This document shows, in pieces, positions 10,058 to 21,730 of a stretch of 64,000 nt of DNA (positions are counted from its first letter, which is position 1; every line of letters starts with the position of its first letter). The notes below the pieces were generated by a model. The model did not search any database, was not told where the DNA came from, and saw only the letters and a program-made list of their open reading frames with translations. The position numbers were made by a program, and so were the translations under genes. Location: positions 26,786,001 to 26,850,000 of the forward strand of contig NC_087245.1 in assembly GCF_037042905.1 (NCBI RefSeq), given 5' to 3'. The DNA is from Lytechinus pictus (lineage: Eukaryota).

Positions 10058-13000
10058 AAAAATTTCCTTTAACTTATTTAATCAATTCCTAATTTTTCAT
10101 CATTTATTAAAGGCAAAGTCCTTTTCAACATGAACTTCATAATGATAATGATATGAATTTTAGTACTAGGACTAGGAGTCTACTACTACTAATAATAGTA
10201 GACCTAATAATAACCAAAAAATAATAGTATTGATAATAATAATATATAACCATTGGCATTGGGATAACTATTTAATGGGGAATCTGTTTGACCTACTACA
10301 TGTATTAGAACAAAAAGACATAAATTGTAAGTCCAATTAGCTCACTGTATGAAATTTAAATTGTTACACTCGTTTAATTTTCTTCTCTATTAGTATTGTA
10401 TTTGTGTGATGGATTTACATTTCACTTTGCCTCCGATATTTTCTACTTTTTTCACAATTGAGTAAACTTCCTTTGGTATTGTTGAGTAATAATAATTCAG
10501 AAAGTCAAAAAGGGGCCTAAGCTTTCGATCCTAGCAGAATCTTCGTCGGAGGCAAAATGACAAACATATAAAGTGGAACAACCATAATAATAATTCAGTT
10601 AAATCCATCCATCTTTCTTCCTTCTCTTTCTGCATTTACCCCTTCTATTAGCCCTGAAATTCATTTTTTCTGTCATGTTTGTTGACTTTATATACTAGTT
10701 TAGGAAATTGGCAAAGCCGATCTCCTAATATTTATATAAAAGTTAGGTCCTACCTTAATTCTTGCTCGCCAGATGATAAAATGGGGTCCAGCCGCTCAGA
10801 TAAATTGCACAAATCCGTGAATAGAAATATATACACTTCACAATTTCAAATACAGTAGATAAAGGGATAGATGTCACAAAATGTCTCGCGAAGTAATGAG
10901 CTCATTAAATATGCAGAGTGAATATAGACTTCGAAGGAGTGGAAGTGACGGTAAGAAGTAAGAATTGGAAAATGTAGAGAGATAAGTATAAGTCGATCCT
11001 CCACAAGATTTGAGTCGATCCTGTAGTATTTAGGAACTCAGAGACATAAAACTAGATACAATGAATTTAGAAGTTGAGATGATTTAATCTATTCCAAGAT
11101 GTCCGATCATATTGTGATCATGTGTACATAAAGGGGATTGAGCCCTCGACGTTGACTGTTAGCACAGTCTTACAAACACAACATATTTCCCTCCTTTAAA
11201 GAGATGAATAATGTTATATAACTAAGTCCAGATATGAGTTCAAAAGTTTATGAGTCCAGAAAATAAAACTTGTTTATTAACAACAAGCCTGAAATTTTAT
11301 TAGCCTAGTATATTGAGCAATTGTTTCGTATGAGTCCAAAACTTAAACGTTCCAGTTTTTTAATTTCTATGCTCAATACTTGTCGGCTCTAAGGATTTAA
11401 GATCTGTAATCTCGTAGATATCCAGGTCGTCTCCTTAGACGCTGAGAACGACGAACAGTTCGCGGTTCTGCTCGCTGTTGCTCTTGATCTTCAGTGCTTG
11501 TAGGGAATGGAAAGGTGTCTTCCCAATCGCTTTCATTCATGTTGCCTGGCTTGCTCGCGATAAGGCGTCTGGTGTTCCATCGCGTTCCGTCATCTAGTAC
11601 AAATGCATTCGAGCCGAGCTTCTTCACGATCTGTTTGGGTTTCGATACCCCCGAAGCTAGCTTGTGCTTGCGATTTGGACGCTTTACACGAACCCAGTCA
11701 CCGATAGCGAATTTCGGTGTGATTGCTCGTCTGCGTTTGTCAGTGTACGCTTTCATGCTTTGCTGTTTCCTCTCAATCTCTCTCGCTTCAGCCTGTGTGC
11801 TTGCAGGCTCTGAAACCGGTGGTTTCAGGATGTTGAATGGCATACAGAGGTTCCGTCCCAACATCAACTCTGCTGGAGTCTTTCCGGTTAGCGAATGAGG
11901 TGTTGAGCGATACGTGCGTAGTAGGGTCTGGATGGCCTTATCGAAGGTCATTCCATCTGCGAGATTCGCTTTCAAGCTCTCCTTGATTACCCGGTTGAAA
12001 CGCTCTACGCCGCCATTGCTTTGAGGGTTGTAGCGAGTTGTGAGGCGATGTTGAATTCCATTAACGGCTAGGAATTCTTCGAACTGTTCAGACGTGAACT
12101 GTGGTCCATTGTCCGTGGTGATAGATTCTGGAAGACCCCACTTGGTAAACATCTTCTCCAAGATGCTAATGACTGATGTCGTAGTGACTGAGCTTGTTGC
12201 TGCTATCTCAGGCCACTTGCTATGGAGGTCGTGTACAACTAACAAAAATCGCTGACTTAGAGGAGCGGCTTGGACTTCCCCAAAGATGTCGACTTGAAGT
12301 TGCTGCCATGGCTTCTTCGGCCATGGGGTCGGCTGCAGTGGTGCTGGCCGCGGTTGAGTTTTCTCGCTGAGAGTACATGCTTCACAAGATCTGACGAGAT
12401 CTTCTACGCGTCGATCGATCGCTGGCCACCAGATTGCTTCGCGACATCGTTGCTTCATCTTCACCACACCTGGATGACTTTCATGTGCGGTTTGTAACAC
12501 ACGATGTTGAAGCGATTTCGGGATTACCGCTCGGGTGCCACGGGCGATACACGTGTCGTCGAAGATAGCTAGCTCATTGCGAACACGATGATATGGAACG
12601 AGGTCTTCGGAAATCTCTCTAGGCCATGCTGTTTGGAGATAATGACAGACCTTCTGTAGAGTTGCATCTGCGGCTGACTCTGTTTTCAGCTGCTCACGCG
12701 TCACAAGCTTTGCGGTCACGTGAGAGATCACCATAAGAACGTAGTCTTCGACGTCGTCTTCGATGTCGCTTCTTGCATGGCTATCGCGATTGCTATTCGC
12801 GTTCGGTGTACGGCTAAGCATATCTGCTACTCGGTTGCGTGAACCCGCGAGATATTCGACCTTGAAATCATATTGGTGCAGTCGATCTGACCATCTGTAG
12901 ATGCGGAGTGGGCGGTGTCCAGATCCTGAAGTGCTCAACAAGGTTGTTAAGGCTTGATGGTCAGTACGAAGTGTGAACTTGCGACCGTAGAGGTACATAT

Positions 13001-16000
13001 GCCAGTGTTCGCAGGCATAGATGCATGCGAGAGCTTCGCGTTCTCCTGTAGAATACTTTCGCTCTGTGTCTGACAACGCTCGAGATGCGAATGCGACCGG
13101 ACGTACACTGCCGTCGATCGTTTGCGATAACACTGCTCCGATAGCGAACGCTGACGCGTCTGTAGTCACGTACGTTTCAGCGCTTGGAGTGAAGTGAGCG
13201 AGAACTGGCGGCTCTGTGATTCTTCCTTTGAGCGTGTTGAATGCGGTCTCTTGTGCGTTGTGCCATTCCCAAAGCGCGTCCTTCCGGAGAAGCTTCTGCA
13301 GAGGTTCTGCGATTTCTGCGTATTGTGGCACGAATTTGCGGTAGAAGTTCGTTGTTCCCAAGAATGAGGCTAGCTCCTTCACATTCGTTGGGGCTGGGAG
13401 TGTTCGGATAGCTGCAACGTTGTCGAGTGTAGGCGTCAGACCACTTGCAGTGACATGATATCCCAGAAAATCAATGTCCGAAGCAGCGAACGTGCACTTG
13501 GCCTCGTTGAGCGTCAAGTTATGCTTGGCGAGGCGCGCCATGACTTCTGCTAATCGTTGATCGTGCTGAGCCTTGTCCTCTCCGAAGACTACCACATCAT
13601 CAAGGAGATTCAACGTGCCCTCGATTCCAGCTAGAACTGAAGAAACGATTTTCTGGAACGCGCTAGGTGCTGAATTCAGTCCATAGGGCATACGGCGATA
13701 CTGAAACATGCCTATGTGTGTGTTGAATGCAGTGAGATGGCGGCTCTGCTCTGCTAGCGGAACCTGGAGATAGCTACGTCTCATGTCTAGTTTAGAGAAA
13801 ACTTTAGCTCCGTGGAATGAAGCTGAAAGTTCATTCATAGTAGGAAGTGGATACTTATCCGGAATGATTGCCTTGTTGACTGCCCTCAAATCTACACAAA
13901 GTCTAAGGTCTCCATTCTTACGGCGTGCGATGACCAGATTAGACACCCACGGGGATGAATCGATGCGCTCGATGATGCCATCGGATTCAAGCCTATGAAG
14001 TTCCTTCGAGACTTCATCCCTGACAGCTAACGGAAGTCGACGGAGACTCTGTGCAGTAGGTGGGACTGAGGAATCCACCCTTGGTGCATGGCAATATCCT
14101 TTGCATTTACCAAACTCGTTGAAAAGTGCAGCATAGCGTTCTCTATACGCATTGTCTATGAGCCGAATGCGTTCACCAGTGTGGTCGTTCATCTGAAATC
14201 CTAGGGCGTCGAACAGATTGACTCCCATAAGGCTCTCGCCCTTCGCTATGTAGAACGTAAAGCTGTCGAGATGTACATCCTTGTACCCGACAGGAAGCTC
14301 AACCGTGCCCAGAACGGAAATCAGTGTAGGTGGTTCACCATATGCTATGAGCTTGCTCGATGTCGATGACAGGCTACAATGTGAGAAATGTCGATGATAC
14401 AGTTTATCACTAAGAATTGACACTTTGGCCCCCACATCAATCATCAAAGAGAGGTTAGTACCAGCAATCTGCACTTCACATTCTTTGAACTGACCTGAAT
14501 TTGCTGAAGAAATCCGGTCTGAGAGTGTGAACACGCTGCTTGCTATGTCGCCCTCTATTGGTTCATCAACGTGTCGAACTGAAGATGCACTTTTCTTGGT
14601 AGATCTGCATACGTTAGAGAAATGGTTCATCTTCGAGCACGAATTGCAACGTTTTCCAAACGCTGGACACGCTTTCGGAGGGTGTGTCCGTCCGCAGTTC
14701 GAACACGACTTCAAGTTAGCATGGTTAGAGCGGGCTTTGTTATGATATGGTCGTTTGATGTTCTGTACTGGAGTTGCCTGATGTGCAGTATGACTATGTC
14801 CTGTACTGGCACTCACCGTCACATCGTGTTGTTTGAGGAGCTTGGCGTCCAGCATTGCGGCTTCGATCTGGATCGCTAGATCGAGCGCCTTCTTAAGTGT
14901 CAGACCGTCATCCTCCATTAACAGACGTTCTCTAATACGGGGAATAGACGTCTTTTCGATTAGTTGATCTCTAACCAGTTCATCGTTTAAGGTGCCAAAC
15001 TTGCACTTGGATGCCAGTTCGGTTATGGCTGCCACATATTGTTTTACTGGCTCCCCATGACCTTGTACTCTCTGTCGGAAACGATATCGTTCAATCATCA
15101 CACTTGTTTTTGGCCCAAAATATTTCTCAAGTTCATCAACAGCTTTATCGTACGTACCGGTAGTAGACACTTCCAGCTGTCCGAAGATCCGCTGCCCCTC
15201 TGCGCCCAAACAGTGGATCAGGATTGCGCGGCGGCGGAGGTCGGGTATCTCCGCTGTGTCCAACCCGCTTGCAGTCAAATACGTTTTGAAGCTCAAAATC
15301 CATCGTGACCAAGGCACAGGAGGTTCTCCTGGGGTTGCTAGGAATGGGTTAGGTGCTACAAGACCTATTCCAGCCATTCTCGTCGCCAGATGTAGTATTT
15401 AGGAACTCAGAGACATAAAACTAGATACAATGAATTTAGAAGTTGAGATGATTTAATCTATTCCAAGATGTCCGATCATATTGTGATCATGTGTACATAA
15501 AGGGGATTGAGCCCTCGACGTTGACTGTTAGCACAGTCTTACAAACACAACAGATCCTCACTAGCAGCTGGATGAGATGGTCAGCATGAGTGGTCAGGAC
15601 GAAGGCAGAGAGTAGAGTGATGATGTGGTAGAGAAGACAAGTTGTTTTTACCAACATCAGAAAAGATGAGACAAAGAAATAAGCGCCAAAAAAAGGGGCA
15701 AAACAAAGTTGAAAAGAACAAAGAAGAGAGAAGCAGACTGTGAGAAAAGCAAACATGCAAGCATCTCTGTAGTGATGTTGTATATACCTGCAAGTTTATT
15801 GCAATAAACAAGGGACAATGAAAGGATGTTTGCTCCAAGTCTAAGAACAAAAGAAAGGTTGTTTCTCAATATAAGAATGTGTTTGCCAAGTAGATTTGGG
15901 CAGGAAATGGTCTTGCTCTGTGAATGTACAGTATTGTAGTACATACACATGGCGTGAACAAGTGAGAATATATGAAATTGGAAATAAAAGAAAGAATTTA

Positions 16001-17644
16001 TATACATATACAGAATGTTGAAATATAAATGAAAATATATACAAGGAAAGAATACATAGATGTAGATATATAAAAAGATATAGTCAAGTCACTACACTAG
16101 GAAATTATGAATACTACATTAGTTAAATGACAATACAACATATTTATGATGGTAGAAATTACTTTGGACGACAAAATAAAGCAAGTGATGAGAGTTTGAA
16201 AGAAATGGGGGGGGGGGGGGGGTAAACATTGCAAGTATTGAGTTTAGTTAGTTTTAGTTTAGATTCAAAATTGTTTTTTATTCACTATTTAATATGGTAT
16301 CTATCGCTCTATTTTCATTTGTTTTACAGGCAATAGTTCTTTGTGAATACTTGGAAGTTGAAACCAAACTGAAACGATTGTCACTAGAAGGAAAGCGAGT
16401 AATAGAGCTGGGAGCAGGAACAGGCCTAGTAGGCATGGTTGCTTCACATTTGAAAGGTATTTGAGCATTGGCAATGATCGGGTGGAGCAGCATGTTCCTT
16501 CCTTCCATATAATGTACTTCCGGGAGGATTATTTTTCCTTGAATTTTAATATTTTCCTATTTTAATCTGCAATGACAAATGTAGAGCAATAACTTGAATA
16601 TTTCATTGGGAAAGTATCTAATTTGATTGTAAAATTGTTTTTTTCCCAACTATTTTGTGCAATTTTCAGCTTGCTTGCTTTCCCTCATATGGCACCAATC
16701 ATCTTGTTTGATCGAAAACATATTTGGGGCACTGAACTTTGGTGCTCAGCTTCACCCCTCCCCCCCATAACATACAATCTTTGCTCTTGTATTTGAGTGG
16801 TATCATTGTATAATATTCATTGATTAAAATATATTCCTATTCAGTGTTGTACAAGGCAGTCATTGCTTTTAACTGGTATGCCTCTATAAAGGTTTTAAGT
16901 CATTAATTTTTACTCACAAGAGTTGGTTAAAAGTTAATGATTTCAAATACTGAACTAAAGATGCCCAATTATATTAATATTGCAAATAAAAAAAAAGGTT
17001 GGCAACCTTTTTACAGTTCTGTCATTTGTTAGCAAAAATGTACCGGTTTATTCAGTGAATGATACCTTTGATTGATACATGCATCATATGATTAATAAAT
17101 GATAATGTTATCCAAAGCATCATTTATTTTTGTTCAATATTTTTTGTTCCCTCTATTTGCTCCAGGTCATGTCACGATAACGGATAGAGCTTCCATTTTC
17201 AAACCTCTCAGGAAAAATATTTTGTTCAATTTCCCCACATCGTCATCATCATCATCACTACCAGCTCCATCTTCGACTACCGATTCCTCTGTATCCTCAA
17301 GCTCAAATGCCAATGCTCCATCAGAAGTAAGTTCAACTTTTAAACCACGATCATATTCTCCAAAAGTGAAAGTTTTAGAATGGGGTCAGGACCTGCACAA
17401 GTTCTCCGAACCTTTTGACATCATTCTTGGAGCGGACATTGTCTACATCGAAGATACATTTCGGGAACTGCTTCAAACACTTTTGCATCTTTCAAACAAG
17501 AACACTTTGATCCTTCTTTCCTGCCGTATCAGATACAAGAGAGATAATAACTACTTGGATATGATGAAGACAAAGTTTCAAGTTGAACACGTTTTTCATG
17601 ACATTGAAAGGGGGATTGAAATTTATTCAGCCAGGAAACTTTGA
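9817..17644 (+). CDS. METTL21A: Protein N-lysine methyltransferase METTL21A (HSPA-KMT) orthologue, 3 exons: 9817-9999, 16330-16456, 17166-17644
   Basis: Spliced 789-nt CDS with GT-AG introns. Motifs GVAAVVWDA|AIVL, VIELGAGTGLVG, HVTITDR, LEWGQ, FDIILGADIVYIEDTF, LSCRIRY match vertebrate METTL21A as remembered. Confidence 0.92.
10023..10054. repeat. (TA)n microsatellite
   Basis: Direct reading. Confidence 0.95.
10501..10584 (-). mobile_element. Tiny Penelope/retrozyme-like insertion with a minimal hammerhead-like motif
   Basis: 14-bp direct repeat TAATAATAATTCAG at 10487-10500 and 10585-10598; minus strand GCCT-CCGACGA-A-GATTCT(GCT)AGGATC-GAAA-GCTT-AGGC. Confidence 0.55.
11022..15552 (-). 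mobile_element. Full-length Ty3/Gypsy LTR retrotransposon (Mag/SURL-like), 4531 bp, antisense in METTL21A intron 1
   Basis: Identical 162-bp TG..CA LTRs (11022-11183, 15391-15552); 5-bp TSD GATCC; PBS TGGCGACGAGAATGG at 15374-15388; PPT AAAGGAGGGAAA beside the 3' LTR. Confidence 0.97.
11397..15377 (-). CDS. Gag-Pol polyprotein (1326 aa): Gag with two CCHC knuckles, protease, RT, RNase H, integrase
   Basis: CSNCGRTH..C and CNSCSKMNH..C; IDVGA; RT LRLCVD/MPYGL/LLDD; RNase H TDAS, E, TDH; integrase HHCC and D..DNG..E; domain order PR-RT-RH-IN. Confidence 0.95.
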   Translation of the reverse strand: MAGIGLVAPNPFLATPGEPPVPWSRWILSFKTYLTASGLDTAEIPDLRRRAILIHCLGAEGQRIFGQLEVSTTGTYDKAVDELEKYFGPKTSVMIERYRFRQRVQGHGEPVKQYVAAITELASKCKFGTLNDELVRDQLIEKTSIPRIRERLLMEDDGLTLKKALDLAIQIEAAMLDAKLLKQHDVTVSASTGHSHTAHQATPVQNIKRPYHNKARSNHANLKSCSNCGRTHPPKACPAFGKRCNSCSKMNHFSNVCRSTKKSASSVRHVDEPIEGDIASSVFTLSDRISSANSGQFKECEVQIAGTNLSLMIDVGAKVSILSDKLYHRHFSHCSLSSTSSKLIAYGEPPTLISVLGTVELPVGYKDVHLDSFTFYIAKGESLMGVNLFDALGFQMNDHTGERIRLIDNAYRERYAALFNEFGKCKGYCHAPRVDSSVPPTAQSLRRLPLAVRDEVSKELHRLESDGIIERIDSSPWVSNLVIARRKNGDLRLCVDLRAVNKAIIPDKYPLPTMNELSASFHGAKVFSKLDMRRSYLQVPLAEQSRHLTAFNTHIGMFQYRRMPYGLNSAPSAFQKIVSSVLAGIEGTLNLLDDVVVFGEDKAQHDQRLAEVMARLAKHNLTLNEAKCTFAASDIDFLGYHVTASGLTPTLDNVAAIRTLPAPTNVKELASFLGTTNFYRKFVPQYAEIAEPLQKLLRKDALWEWHNAQETAFNTLKGRITEPPVLAHFTPSAETYVTTDASAFAIGAVLSQTIDGSVRPVAFASRALSDTERKYSTGEREALACIYACEHWHMYLYGRKFTLRTDHQALTTLLSTSGSGHRPLRIYRWSDRLHQYDFKVEYLAGSRNRVADMLSRTPNANSNRDSHARSDIEDDVEDYVLMVISHVTAKLVTREQLKTESAADATLQKVCHYLQTAWPREISEDLVPYHRVRNELAIFDDTCIARGTRAVIPKSLQHRVLQTAHESHPGVVKMKQRCREAIWWPAIDRRVEDLVRSCEACTLSEKTQPRPAPLQPTPWPKKPWQQLQVDIFGEVQAAPLSQRFLLVVHDLHSKWPEIAATSSVTTTSVISILEKMFTKWGLPESITTDNGPQFTSEQFEEFLAVNGIQHRLTTRYNPQSNGGVERFNRVIKESLKANLADGMTFDKAIQTLLRTYRSTPHSLTGKTPAELMLGRNLCMPFNILKPPVSEPASTQAEAREIERKQQSMKAYTDKRRRAITPKFAIGDWVRVKRPNRKHKLASGVSKPKQIVKKLGSNAFVLDDGTRWNTRRLIASKPGNMNESDWEDTFPFPTSTEDQEQQRAEPRTVRRSQRLRRRPGYLRDYRS
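16330..16456 (+). CDS. METTL21A: METTL21A exon 2 (SAM-binding motif I)
   Basis: TTACAG acceptor; AIVLCEYL...VIELGAGTGLVGMVASHLK; donor GTATTT. Confidence 0.92.
17166..17644 (+). CDS. METTL21A: METTL21A exon 3
   Basis: CTCCAG acceptor; HVTITDR...ILGADIVY...SARKL, stop. Confidence 0.92.
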
Positions 17645-20600
17645 CATATATGGTGTAAATCAGAATTCGACTTAGTCTATTTTACTAGAACCGATGAAAT
17701 AACTTTGTTTTATGGAAAGAAAAGAAAACGATAGGCAGAGAAGAAGGTCGGGTAAATCTTTTACTTGGGCAAAGATTAAATTCTTTTATTTTTGCAAGGT
17801 TAAGAATACTTTGTTGAACTGCCAATTAAAGCAATTGTCATATGTCATTAATATTTACTGCCACTTAAAATCATTTGTTCTACTTTCTTATATACTGAAA
17901 AGTGCAATGTATTTCACATTACAGTTATTTCTGCAGTCTTTATTGATATGATTTACACAAGTGAAGAAGTATAACATTTGAAACCCATATCTGAAAATGT
18001 TTAGAAAGGAATTAGACATAAGTTCTATAATGTAAACTCAGTAAACAAAATTTGACATTGAATTTTCAATTAACATGTGATGCTACATGTATCTAAACAG
18101 AAATAAATTGCTGTGAAAATCAATATTTGATGTTATTTTAGGCACACACTTGCTGTAATCTTCTGCCCAATTTCCGTAAATTTCAAAGCACTGGATAGTC
18201 ATCCATTCTTTGCAATTTGCTGAATACATGTAAATGTTATTTTATTTCACTTTGCATATTATGTGGAAGAATTATGATGTATACTTTACGAATTAGAAAA
18301 AGCAGAAAGAGAAAAGAAACTAAGAAAAGTGATAAACAGATTTGGGGATGGGATTTATGAATGTATAGAAAGATAGAGAGAAAGAATGAGAGATGCTTCA
18401 CGGACGAGCATAAATGACAATTGAGAGATTTTTTTAAATTTGAATAAATCACAAAGCTAACACACACAATACACAAACTGAATTAAAAACATGTTTTATT
18501 ACAAACATCTTGGATATTACAAAAGAAAGGTATAAAAATATGTATCAAAACTATACTTTAATGTTGTATATCAAAAATATACATTGTCACAATCTGAATA
18601 TTAAAAATTTGATCATAAAAATGTCAGCCAATGAATGCGACATGAATGTGTATTTCCCATCTATGTTTTTGGTAATACTGAACTGCTTGAATGTAAATAA
18701 AAATACTGTTAGTTATTTTTAGATTAATAAATAATGATTATAACACTTCTGTGTTTATAATAAATTACAAACAAATATAATCCACACAAATTTATTCACA
18801 CACATTGTGAAGTATTGTTATTCTCTACGTTTACTGCATGAATTCCTAATACTTGCCTGTTCAGCACAATATGCATTTTGATCAAAATGCACCCTAGCTT
18901 AAACTAATTCAACATTCTAAATAACACTATTTTGTACAGGAACATTTTTTAAAAACTAATGAATTCTATTTTATCAAGTTTATACATGTAATCTATTGCA
19001 CTAAACATGTCTCAATATCATTGGTTTTCATGAAGTGTCCATATAAAAAAGCAAACAATTGGCTTTAAATATAGTGAACAAGACAGTAAAATGTAGTCTC
19101 ACTCAATTCCTTAGATGTCGTACAATCACAGCTCGCCAGGCTCCGCAAAACAATACAAAAGTTGACACTTTGTGCAAATATTGCATAGTTGGATATTCGA
19201 TTACTGCCAACTGTTAAAAACATGCAATATGGCAATGAATGATGTCAAATATCATATAGTAAACAGGTAATCCGGGCTGAATATAATACAATTTGAATAG
19301 AAATAAATCGGACAAACAAAACACTAAACATGTCACCAAACCCGGACAAGGAAGTACTAAATAATGACATTTTACAGCTTTGCAATATTTTGGAGATACA
19401 GTTCTATGCATGTCTTCATGAATATGCAATGAGCAAGCTGATTATGTTATATCCTTACATATTCTTTTGTATTTGCCCCCATCCCCCTGCCCGTTCAGAA
19501 TTTTCCCCAAAATACATTTTTTTATACTTTTAAATTAATTATGCAAATAATTGTACAAAGTTATTTTTTGCTATCAAATAACTTTAAATAGCTAGTAAAG
19601 TGCTAACTTTGGGTGAAAGTATTAGGTTTGACATTTCTATTAAAAAAAAAAAAAATTATTTTATTTTTATACTATGAAATTCCTAGGTAGTTCTTTGTTT
19701 TATTAACTTGAATTTTTTTTCAATGAACTTTGTCAGGGACCCTTTTGTAAAAATAAATCCATTTCAACCAGCAAAAGTAAAAATAATTGTGCATTTATCA
19801 TTTTTATTTGAAAACAATTACTTTATACACGTAACCATGTTTTTGAGTAATATAGGGGTCTGACATGCACGTACAAACTATTGCATAATTTCAGAACTGG
19901 TACCGGAGTTATCAAATTTGGTCTCAAAAGATGCGCAACACTTGAAAATAAAAGTCACTGAGCATTGTGGTAAAAAATTTTGTGCAATGTTGTAGTCAAA
20001 GAAATGGTCGAGGGGAAGGGTGGGGGCTAATTTGACCCCCTCCCCAATTAACTAAGGGCTAATCACCTGTTGCGGAAAACGGTTGAAGGTCTAAATGAAT
20101 ACATAGCATGATTTCCCATGAAGACATTGACAATTTGACTTTCAGAAATTTACTGCTCAACCCGGATGAATATATTCCTGGTGAACTCTAATGCATCAAT
20201 AATCATACTTTACTCTCACTTCATAAATGGAATGACAGCACTGGTTTCAATGTTAATATATATAAGCCAGTTGCATTAACATGGATATCATAGATAGGTT
20301 TAGAAGAAAAATATACATTTTACAGTATACATAATAAATATTCAATAAATAAAATATCAAGGTGATACTTGCCACATTACTGCATTGATCTTTTGGAAAT
20401 GAAAACAAAATATTAGCCAAATGTGATATGCGCTATCAAAAAAGGATTATGATTTACCCTGAGATAATATGAGCATGGAAGACAGGTTTATGGATCCCGG
20501 TAATAACACTAGGAGTAGTGTATAATTTCACTTCACATGAGAAGTGTAAAAAAAATTGGCTCCTTCCACACTTCCTATAATTCTTAATGGAGTTTCTACA

Positions 20601-21451
20601 CGAACGTTTTATCCAGCGTATGCTAACGTACATATGGCAACAAGCCACTTTCTTATCAATTTTTTTTTAACATCAATAATTGCATTTTGATAATAAAACT
20701 GCCAACACAAATGATTCCTCATGTATTAAATATGAATTCATATTTTGTGTCAGCAAAATGGAATTTTTTGTATAAAGAATGAGATGCTTGAAATCAAGAA
20801 AATCTAGAAAATGCCTTGCCACATGTACAGTGCCTCAGCATACACTGGCTATAAAGATCAAGCTTTTTTTATTATGACAGAGAACATAAGTCCAGATCAA
20901 ACTTATTTTTTTAATTAAACCATGATATAGGGTCTCAGCTCCCCCAGAACATTTTAATGCCGGAACGTTTAAAAAAAAAAATTGTCACTTGTACATTTCT
21001 AGGAGATAAAAACAATTTCACAATGAAAATTGGTGAAACTGGTAACCATTACTGCATTTGTCTTTGGAAATGCAGAGACAGAAGTCAAATAGTGTGAAAT
21101 GTGGAATTAAGAAAGGTACTGTATATTCCATAATTTCATGACCTGATGATAGTCATACAGATTGGTTGTGATTTCATAACATACATTCTATTTTGCAGAG
21201 AAAACATATTTTCTCAAAATGGCATAACGGCAGATTACGATTGGCAGTATATAAATTATCAATGATTATATTATTTTGCATTTTAATCAACAAACACCAA
21301 CTAGTTGTACGTAACTTACAAACAGCTTCTTGAAACAACTCCAAAATCTTCACATGCTGTGTTACCTCGTACTAGCGTGTAACTTGAGTATCGTTGACCC
21401 AGCGCTGGAATACCTTATGGACAATCAACCCCAATATCTCTACATGCTGTG

Positions 21452-21730
21452 CTACCTTGCATTAGCATGTAACTGGGCAGCCATCTTGAGTATCGTTGAC
21501 CCAGCGCTGGAAGACCTCCTTGACAATGGCTTGCTCCCAAACCCTTCTAATTCTTTGATTTCATTGGCACGTTTGTACAGTACTGCTGCTTCTTGGAAGT
21601 CTCCCTGCTCGTAACGTAGAACAGCAAGGTTGCGGAGCGTTTCGGCCACACGTGGATGCGTCGGGCCAAAATGTTCCTCGTATATCTTGAGAGCTCCTTC
21701 GTAAAGAGGCGATGCTTCATCATGGTTACC
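21452..21730 (-). CDS. NPHP3: NPHP3 exon 22 (last, TPR)
   Basis: [14 protein letters not shown]...[14 protein letters not shown]...stop. Confidence 0.9.
   Translation of the reverse strand, partial: GNHDEASPLYEGALKIYEEHFGPTHPRVAETLRNLAVLRYEQGDFQEAAVLYKRANEIKELEGFGSKPLSRRSSSAGSTILKMAAQLHANAR

Noticed and set aside
11494..15308. Plus-strand ORFs inside the Gypsy (and inside the LINE at 5495-6814)
   Set aside because: Antisense shadows of the real ORFs with no recognisable domains.
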